Part shown: piece after piece, positions 54,955 to 64,000 of the stretch
How the letters are laid out: every line of letters starts with the position of its first letter
Numbering within the stretch: the stretch's first letter is position 1
Assembly: GCF_036321535.1 (NCBI RefSeq)
Contig: NC_087438.1
Coordinates: 11,224,001 to 11,288,000, forward strand
Length of the DNA: 64,000 nt
Reading direction: 5' to 3'
From: Camelus dromedarius
Lineage: Eukaryota
The notes under the pieces: model-generated
What the model was told of the DNA's origin: nothing
The model's database searches: none
The model's input: the letters and a program-made list of their open reading frames with translations, nothing else
Translations under genes and position numbers: made by a program

Positions 54955-55150
54955 CCAGGCCCTATGTTCCTCTGCCAGCTCTTGCCTTGGGTGAGATCCT
55001 TACCTTCTTTGTGCCTCCGTTTCTCATCTGTAAAATGGAGAAATAACAGTGCTTCATAAGGTAGTTGTTACTGATTAGCTGAAATAAAAACACGTAGAAC
55101 AATACATAGCACATAGTAAGTGCTCAGTAAAGTGGTCTGATAGTGGTAAT
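54955..55150 (+). mobile_element. MIR SINE
   Basis: tgtgcctccgtttctcatctgtaaaatggaga...cacatagtaagtgctcagtaaa. Confidence 0.85.
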
Positions 55151-55282
55151 AATCATAGTGGTTGTAAAAGTAGATTAGTCATAGATGCTCACAACAGTCT
55201 TGAACAGTTTTGCAGAATTTAAGTGGCTGTACTGTGAAGAACCATTCAGCTAACAATGGGTAGAAACTGAAGTCCTCTAAAC

Positions 55283-55507
55283 CGGAGTCCATGACCCGTG
55301 GCACTGCCGACCTTTCGGTCTGCGTAACTCTTTGTTGTGGGGCAGTTCTGTGCATTGGAGGCCATGAGGCAGTATCCCTCATCTCTGCCCTCTGGATGCC
55401 AGCTACACACCTCATGTTGTGACAACCAAAAACGTCTTTTCAAAATTGCCAAATATCCCTGGGGATGAGAATTATGTGCAAAATTGCCTCTGTTTGAGAC
55501 CCACCGG
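55283..55507 (+). mobile_element. MER20 hAT-Charlie MITE
   Basis: ctttgttgtggggcagttctgtgcattg...gttgtgacaaccaaaaacgtct...ttgccaaatatccctgggg. Confidence 0.85.
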
Positions 55508-56146
55508 TGGAAACCAATATTCTGTCTTTTTCACTATCCTCATCATGAAGGAAAATCCTCTTTTATATTTTCCTAAACAGATGAGCTAAGTGATGAGGCA
55601 TTTCTTTATTTTAGAAAAGAAGCATTTGCTTTCCAACTCCCAAACTATGTAATTACTTTAAATAATCAGCTTTGTGGGTGTAATCAAAGCCCAATTCAAT
55701 TAAAATAAATAATGATATGCAGCTAGGAAAATGTCCCTCTGGTCAGTGATTACAATAAATACACTTTGTTCTTTCAAATTCTCTGGCTGACACCCTGGGA
55801 ATGAAGGCAGTCCTGAGGAGATACTGGGCTCTCCCAGTCCTGAGGGCTGCCTGGGCTCCACATGCTGCTGCAAATGTAGGAAGAAATGAAGGTTTGGAGG
55901 AGAATGCTGATTTTCTGTACAGAGTGTTATCAGAGCATCTCTCTTCTGTAGCTTAAAGGAAAGGATACTTTCTCATATTTATTTAAAATTTTAATTTTCA
56001 AAAGTGGGACGTTTCCTGGAGGATCCATGCTGTCTCCTCTTTCTTATCACCAAGGTTTCCTAGCCAATCATGTCACCCTTTTCCTGCATGGGCACCCAGG
56101 ATGACATCTGGCCTCTGGGTAGGGTCTGTCTGGAGCCACAGGAATT

Positions 56147-56647
56147 TGTTACCGAGTCCAATCTTGTTCTGCTCATTGCATGGCAGGCCAGTACATCAGG
56201 AGACAAGGTGTCGGGGCAAGGAATAATGACTTTATTCAGAAAACCAGGAGACTGAGAAGATGGGAACCATCTTACCCAAGTCAGAATTCAAGCTCCTTTT
56301 ATACTAAAACGGAGGAGGGGGGTGGTTGTTGTTGCAAACTTCTTGGTGTTGGAATCCTTTGTTCTTGCAGCTGTCCTCATAGGTCAGGTCACAATGTTTC
56401 TATAAACCTCCAACAAGACAAATGTTATTCTCTGTTCTGCAAGGTTTTATTGCTATATGAATGGAAAAGTGTTATACCCTTAAACGTCAGAGGCTTGAGA
56501 ATGGGCTCTCCTGTACATTTCAGGTTTAGGCAACATTCTTTTACAAAAGGTGTAGAACCAGCATGACTCAGCACAGGAAACAGTGCAGGGTTAGAGCCCT
56601 AAAAGAACGGATCTAATGTGGAGTCCAATTTGTTCTTCCTTATTACA
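56147..56647 (-). mobile_element. ERV1-class solo LTR (501 bp) with 4-bp TSD
   Basis: tgttacc...tattaca flanked by AATT at 56143-56146 and 56648-56651; tttatt (minus-strand AATAAA) near 56231. Confidence 0.88.
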
Positions 56648-57144
56648 AATTCCCATCACCCTTTGGGGGCAGGTTTTCCCACCTGCTTTTCTTCAGGACA
56701 ACACAGGGCAGGTGACACCTGAGAAGCATTGCTGAGTGGTGTTATTTGCCTCTAACGGGAGAATCATAAACCCACTTGATGTTTTCCGTGATGTAGCCAA
56801 CAGTGAGGACCAACTGTTTCTCACCTTTACCCTTAAAGCTCTAAACGTGCTCGTGCCAGGTGTCTCTCTAAAGCTTTCCTGCTAATCTGCTGGCATCCTG
56901 CACCTCCTGTCCTCCTGTTCCTTTTGTAGGTAGGCGACGAGTTCAGTCTCCTCTGGCAGGTTTTCCTGTTCTTTTGGAGGTTGCTTCACCCCAGGAAGTC
57001 CCAGAAACTGCATATTGTGCTTAAGTGGCGGAAGTTTCCCTCCGATGGTGGTTTCCTTTTGTCCACTTTCTTTCCTTGAATGTGTTTAGGTTCCAGGCAC
57101 CATCAGGCAGGGGAGATGAGCACTTTGAGGCTAGCTGTGTTGAG

Positions 57145-57285
57145 ATTTACCCATTTTACAGATGAGGAAACAGATACAGAGAGATTTAACAGGGTGTAGG
57201 CTCTCATACCTATGAAAGAGAAGAAAACCTAGATTCCAATTCGAGCAGGCTAACCTGAGGGTCCCCGCTCTGTGCTCACACTCTC
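57145..57285 (-). mobile_element. MIR SINE
   Basis: cccattttacagatgaggaaacaga. Confidence 0.7.
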
Positions 57286-59744
57286 CTGCCCTGACCACCT
57301 CCCCACATGGACATCACCAGCTCTACCCACAGCTATTGCAGACACGCCCAGAACACAAATCCTCCATCACCTTGCATCAGCCTAATCTAATCACAACTGT
57401 TTGTCAGAAACCTAAACCACCCATGTTTCATCGATCTTCCATTATCATCAAAACTTAGTGGTGTGGGGAGTCCCTCTGGGTTTACTGCCTCTTTGAAATG
57501 ACGTTGACTCCCAGACTTCCTTCCTCTCAGTCGATTTCACCCCAGATAAGGATGGAATGATAAGGCTTTCTTTAGGTTTCCCTGGATCATTCTAAGAGAA
57601 TTAGGCCAAGCAAACACCCATCAGAGACCTTGAAACTCAGGGTAAATCACAACACAGCTAGCCTCCTGAAGAAGAGGGGAAGGGAGAGAGAAAAAAAAAG
57701 GGAGAGAGAAAGGAAAGGTAGAGAGAGCTGACTCTGTGAGAGCCCAGCTCCGGCCTCTGAGCCATTGCTGTCCAGCTCCTCTTTCCGTTCTGTCACCTAC
57801 CACCCTTCCTTCCTGGAGTCAGTATATTCCCTTCTGCTTAATCATGTTTGAGTTGCATCTTGGTCCTATGAACCAGCTGGAGATCAGACCTCAAAAAAAG
57901 GGCCCACAAACTCCATCAGGACCATGGCAGTGACAATGTCTTGCTCATTGTTATGATGCCAGGGTCTCGCCCAGCACCTGGCTTGGACAGCAGAGCTGCC
58001 CGTTCCTTGGAGAAGGAGAACTCCTGATGTCAGAACTGTGACCCCTTCTCCTAGGGTCTTACTTTGGTCAGTTACTGGAACCAGAAAACAAATTCTTGTT
58101 TTCTGTAAGCTGAGCCACCTGGGACATTCAGAATGGGTGACTGTGGATGCCACCAAGTGTGGGATTCACTGATAGCCCAAAGCCATCTGGTCATTGCCCT
58201 CTTCTATTCTCATGGGAATAGTTACCTCCTAGTGCCTTTGGAGGGGGTCTTTCTTTTGTAAATTTGAAGTAGGATCCATATTCTCTTATTCCATAGATTT
58301 CTTTTAACTAACTCTTTAAAAATAGCTCTCCCTTGCATATATACATCTTCTTTTAATTTTTTTATAAATCTTTACACCTTCTTTCATCTTAACCTCGCCA
58401 TAACTAGCAAAATAGTGGGGCAATTTTGAACACTAGTGCAAACACAGATGAGACATTGATGCTTGGAGTCCGCTAGTGAAGACATCAAGGGTTAAACGTC
58501 TGGGCTCCCTTTGTCCCCAGCTGGACACAGGCATGGCAGCAATGACAGTGCTGAAGTGTGAGTAGCCTAAGAAGACAGGATGTGTTTAAGTGCCCTGTCC
58601 ACTCTGTGTTTTACTAGAAAGTGTTTTAATGCTTTAAATAGACTTTGGAGGTCAGCTTCCAGGAGCCCAAAAGATCAGATCATCTTTTCCGGAATAGCAG
58701 CAGCCTACCCTCGAGGAATGGGTCTGGGACACAGGGATGTAAGCCAAGCATCCTCTGTCATTCTGACACCTTTATTAATGTGCCGTGGTAAGGAATGAAA
58801 TAATCTATTCATACATGTTTTAGCTAAGCCTGGAATATACATTTTTAAGTCAGGAGGAGGGGAGGGAGTTGAGTAGAGAAAAAAACAAAAAGCTAAAGGG
58901 AACTAAAAAAAAAAATCTGGATAGACTTTGCAACCATAAATGGTAAAACTAACCCTGTTGCACTGCCAGCTACAAGAACAGCCGAGGAAGGTTTTGATTT
59001 ACAGGAACAGCTCAGCAAGGGCCTTGTAGAGAGCTTCATGCCTGCTATAAAAATGTGATTAGCTATAAAACAGAGAGCTTTAACAAGAAAATTTAAGCAT
59101 AGGCAACAGACCGACTCAAAAGTAAACAAAAAAACAGAAATTACTGCCTTCGTGGCTAACCCAAGTCGATAAAGGCCAGGATTAGGGGAATTCTTTTTCA
59201 GACTTGTGATATAATTAATAACTTCTAACTTTTAGATTCAAAGGAAATAAAAAGGAAAGATGACCTTGAACTTTACAAATGACTTCCATCTGCCTTTCAT
59301 CTGCGGCTTTTGCATTTGAGGTGTGCATAGTCCTAAAGCATGAAAAAGAGTCCTCTCAAAGAACAACTCCCCGTTTCAGACTCTCCCTGGACACCCAGGC
59401 TGGGAGGAAATAAAAGTGGGAGCATTCAGGGCCTCGGGAGGGGAGAGTGTTTAAGTCTGCAAGTCCCCTAACTCCAGGGCTCTTTGCAGCCTGTCCCCAC
59501 TTGCTTTGTAGCAAGTCTGCAATATGCCCCTGCACTGTGTTGAAGGTCTTTGGCCAGAGGCCGAATCAGTTCCAAATGATGGTCCTTTTGAGAACAAGGG
59601 GCCCTCCTAAGTTTGTCTGAAGAGGTCCATTGACTGATTATGAATATGAATATGTAGTTAAAGTATTTGCACATCTAGGGCAAGCACGGGGGTGATTTCT
59701 TACATCACAACAGCTGTGATCTGTGGATTTCTCACTGTGTGTCG

Positions 59745-59925
59745 GTCATCATGAAGAGTACTTTGTATGGATTATCTCTGTGTCTCCCAACAAATACTCT
59801 CAACTAAGTTTTATTATCTCCATGTTACAGATGGGAAAATCATAGCCAGAGAGATTATTACACAACCGATAAAAGTTGGAGTTGGGATCAACCCAACCTG
59901 TCTGATTTCAGAACTCAAGCTCCTA
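59745..59925 (-). mobile_element. MIR SINE
   Basis: ttattatctccatgttacagatgggaaaat...tgtctgatttcagaactc. Confidence 0.7.
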
Positions 59926-60178
59926 GCCTCTATTCCAAAAAAGTGATGGTACTAATGACGGGCCCAGGGTTGGAGAGTCGAGCTTCAGTTGCAGTCTATT
60001 TCTCTGTCCTGCAAAATACCAGGTCTGCTTCTGTTCTTTGCTTAAACCTGATGTAATTGCAGTGCAGAAATCTTTGCAAGATTTCTGCATAAAAGGCATG
60101 CAGAAAGAGTCCTCAGGCCAAGCACAAGGTTCCCTTTGTATCTTTTTGCCACCCCTCATCCTTTGTGCCTCTATTTCT

Positions 60179-60314
60179 TTTTTTTTTTAAATATTTCAAA
60201 AAATTTAATTAATTAATTTATTTATTATTGAAGTATAGTCCATTACAATGTGTCAATTTCTGATGTACAGCACAATGCCTCAGTCATGCATACACATACT
60301 TATGTTCGTTTTTT
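60179..60314 (-). mobile_element. Short young L1 3' end
   Basis: ttgaagtatagtccattacaatgtgtcaatttctgatgtacagc. Confidence 0.85.
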
Positions 60315-60989
60315 CTTCCCCCTGTTTCTTATCCTTGTCCTCCTGAGTACGTTTGGCCCCAAATTCTTGCTGTCTGGGAATGAAACCCTGCTTTATTGGA
60401 ATATGTATGGCATGCTGGGGTTAACTGCGATTTCAAGTTCTTCCATCATTCCAAAAAGCACTAGTACATTTTACTGCCTCAGAATACATAATTTAGTATT
60501 TTTTAAGCATGAAATGATCATCGTCATGCTTTAAAGTTGTAGTTGTCTTTCTAAATGTCAGTTTTCTCTCTGCAGTGTTACACATTGGGCTTGAAAGGGA
60601 GGAAAGGGATTGTTTTAAATTAGAAGGGTTTCCAGACACATTCTAGAATTTAAAATAAATAAAATCATGATGTGACCTGGTTTTTTTTCAATTACTCTTT
60701 GTCCTATAAGTTGAATCTCCACCTAGTCATTGATTAAGACAATCCTCTGCTCGCCACGTGTACAAACGTAATTTTCTACTGTAATCATCCCATGCAACTG
60801 TCTCCAGCTTCATTAGGATACCACTTGTGGTATAATTTTACCAATATTGGAGTTTTAAAAGGAGTTTTCTATTAAAAGGTATCCTTTTAACATGGCTTTA
60901 TAAACTAGAGCGGATTTTTCCTTTTCAAAATGGCTTCAATGCTGATTTCTGTTAGAATGAGATCTATATTAATTCTAAGATGGGCATTG

Positions 60990-61900
60990 AGAGCCTGTAG
61001 AACCATTCCCTCTTCCTGGAATCTCATCCTCTTCATGGGATGAATGCTAGTTTCAATTAGGGATCCCTTCTTTGGAGGCCTTTTCTCCATCCTGCATGGC
61101 TTCAGTGCCCACTGTACCCTTTTCCATGCACCTGTGTACCTTTATCATGCCAATTTTGCCCTTACATGTGAAGGTTTGTTTAAGTTTTATATCTCCATTG
61201 TTTAGCAAATAGTTAGATAGTCAATGAATATTTCTGTTGAGTGAGTGAATGAATGAATAGGCTTTTACCAAAAAAAGCAGAGCATGCAGGAGAAACTTAC
61301 TGGTAACTCAGCACGAGGCAGGTTATGGGAAGATCTGTAAGTTGCAGGCACCATGTTATCGAGATCGATTTAAGTGTGAGATCCTGCCCTCCAGGGGACC
61401 TGAGTGATTTCTGAAGTTGGTATTTCTGTTGGGCCATAGGGAATAGATCCTCTCTGGTTAGGTGAAGATTGACGGAGAAATAATGCCAGGACCAAGTGAT
61501 GATAAAACTGCAAGGTCTAGGAAGTCTAAAAGTGTAACACAAATTCAAGAATAGAACGTGAGTGGAAGAGAGAAACTCATCGAGGAAGACTGAGTGAAGG
61601 ATACTTTTTGGTGACACATTTGAAAGGGTCTGAAGCGTCTGACCAAGAAGTTACATTTAATTTTGAAGGCAACTGGAGAGCAAACTTAAGTTTTTGAGCC
61701 AACGAATGATAAGATTGAAAAAGTGCTATGAGATTAATATAACAATAGTGTGTAGTATCTCTAGGGATAATAAGAAGTTGAATGAGCAGAGAAATCTCCT
61801 CACAGTCTATTTCTAGATTCTAGGCTTGAGGTAAGGAGACATAAATTGGAAGTGGGGAGAGTGGGGGGAGTGGGGACAGAATGCTGGAGGTGACAAAAAC
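60990..61900. mobile_element. L2 fragments
   Basis: 3' end gaatatttctgttgagtgagtgaatgaatgaat, followed by antisense L2-like sequence. Confidence 0.5.
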
Positions 61901-63432
61901 ATTTTTCTTAAGAGTTAGCAGACTATCTATATACACAAAGCTTAATTAAGCTATCAGAGAAACTCATTTGCCTCTCTCTTATCTTAAAAAACTTTCCTGA
62001 AAAGCAAAATTGTGAAATACTGCCTTTTTCTTTTCCTCATAATGTGTTTAAAAATGAGCAAAGAAATCAAATTTCTACTTTAAAGCCAATGCTGTTTTGG
62101 ATTTTATAAAAACTAACCAGCATCCTAGAGCAAAGAACTAAAGAAATGCTATTTCCAAAATTTACCAATTATTTCCAACTTGTTATTAGGGTAAAATAGC
62201 AATATTCTCTTGAGACCTACCTCCTCACTTATATTTTAGAGGGAAATTTGGTGATGATTCAGAACACTTATAATAACATGGGAAGTTGCAATGTGAAAGC
62301 AAAATATTCCTTCCTGACTTTTAATGTGTTTTCCAGAAGTTGAGACACAGGGAATGTAAGTAGAAGCCAAGAAAAAAGCAATAGAAAGGGGGTCCTTTAA
62401 TAAAAATCACTGAAAAACAGATCATCTGTAATTTCTTAAAAAAATATAACTGGTAGTTATTTTTTAAATGGTTATCAAGGATTATTATGAAAGCATGACA
62501 AATTCTAGAACAACGTAGAGTCAGTTCTCATTCTAACTTAGTAGCCATCACCTAAATCTAAATCTTGACTTTAACCTTGATTTCCAAGTTGCACATAAAT
62601 TTTGCATATGCACATGTACATTTGGGGAGCACATTGACATTTTATTAGTTTATCCAAGGGGTCATCATGCCTAGTTAAGAACTTCAGAGCTAGGCTAGTG
62701 GTTCTAAAGAAAATCTCTTTTGTCTTTACTAGTCAATAATGAAATGAATGAAATGAAGATGGCGTGTTGTTTTTTTTTTTGTAAATATAGAAGACTATTT
62801 TATTTGAAATAGTGATGATAGATTCTAGTTGACAATATTGTTGTCTCTAATTAAAAAAGGATTCACTTTCTTACTTTCACTTCTTTAAGATTCATAGAGC
62901 TCAAATGTGTTTGCTATACAGTGACTCATAATTAACATTATTGAGTTTGGTTACTGAAGAAGGAGTCTGGGCTGAAAGTGTACAGCAGTTTTCCACAACA
63001 AAGGTTAAATCAAAGAATTCCTTGAATAATGCTCAATTAACTCTGGATCAAGTTAATCTGCAAACTGTCTTCTTTTAGATAGGGTAGGAAAACTATTTAT
63101 TTGCTAGAGCAGCCTAGCCTTCTTTTTAACTATGCAGATTCTTGTACTCTCCCTGCAGGGGGCTATGAGGTGGTAGGGCACAGAGGGACTCAGGAACATG
63201 CATTTTTTTCGTTAAACATTCCCCAACTGGTTCTGAGGTAGGTGTGCTCAAATCATACTTTGATCATCACTGGACGAGGAGGTAAACTGTAGTTGTCCAC
63301 GTGAGAGAGAAGGAACAGCCAGGTCTCTGTGAGGCTTGGGAAGGATCCTCTAGTAGAAGAACTTGACCCAGGTTGAAGGTCAACTTCTACCGTTCACTCC
63401 CTGAATCTTTTTCCTATTGTGTAATTGAGAGA

Positions 63433-63863
63433 TACATTAGCTTCCTGGGCTGCCAGAACAAAGTGTACCGCAAGCCAGGTGACTTAAAACAATGGACAAC
63501 AACTGGAGACTAGAGGTCCATCACGAAGGCGTCAGCAGGGCTGTTTCCCCTCTGAGCCTGCATGGAAAGCTTCTTTGTCCCTTCCTGGCCTCCGGTGATA
63601 TCCATTGAGCCTTCGTGTTCCTTGGCTTGTAGCTGCAGTCACCCCGTTCTCTGCCTCTGTCACCCATGGTGGTCCCCCTGTCTCTTCTTGTTAAAGGACA
63701 TCAGTCATATAGACTAAGGATCCTTTCCACTCCAGTATGACCTCATCTTTCCTAAACCAGTCACCTCTGCAAAAATCCTACTTCCCAATACAGGTCACAT
63801 TCTGAAGTCCTGGAAGTTAGGATCTCCGCTTATCTTTTTGGAAGACACAATTTGCCCACAGCA
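63433..63863 (-). mobile_element. MaLR LTR (MLT1C-like)
   Basis: cattagcttcctgggctgcc...ctccagtatgacctcatctt...ggtcacattctga...gacacaattt. Confidence 0.85.
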
Positions 63864-64000
63864 GAAGGAGGAAGGGGGTGGGCTCGAAAAGGTCAGGGGT
63901 TCTGAAATCAGAGTCAGTGACTGGTTCAGCATGACTCTTTAAAGGTCTCTTGAGAAACAAGCTAAAATTACAGGTTTCTTTAACTCGACCTCCAGAGTCT

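Noticed and set aside
1..64000. CRISPR array, operon, tRNA/rRNA/snRNA genes, CpG island
   Set aside because: No regularly spaced repeats, long ORFs or recognisable structural RNA were seen, and CpG-rich patches are too short to be islands.

Overview
This is AT-rich, CpG-poor mammalian non-coding DNA. I found no convincing protein-coding exon, RNA gene, CpG island or prokaryotic-type system. Most of the window is interspersed repeats: young 5'-truncated LINE-1 copies, several with readable target-site duplications (TSDs); older L1M, L2, L3/CR1 and MIR; ERV1, ERVL and MaLR solo LTRs; and hAT-Charlie elements (MER5A, MER20, MER20B). The young L1 3' ends and the absence of lineage-specific SINEs (Alu, B1/B2, Bov-tA, PRE1, SINEC) suggest a camelid genome, which is an inference. 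L1/LTR orientation bias suggests an intron of a large + strand gene, but no host exon was recognised. The only protein-like ORFs are decayed L1 ORF2 fragments. The most notable items are twin-primed inverted L1s, nested insertions, a CpG-rich hairpin near 19.75 kb, a STAT/ETS motif cluster near 31.9 kb and a possible recursive-splice motif at 56.93 kb. Family names come from recalled consensus similarity, not a search, and boundaries without TSDs are approximate. No novel biological system can be supported from the sequence alone.
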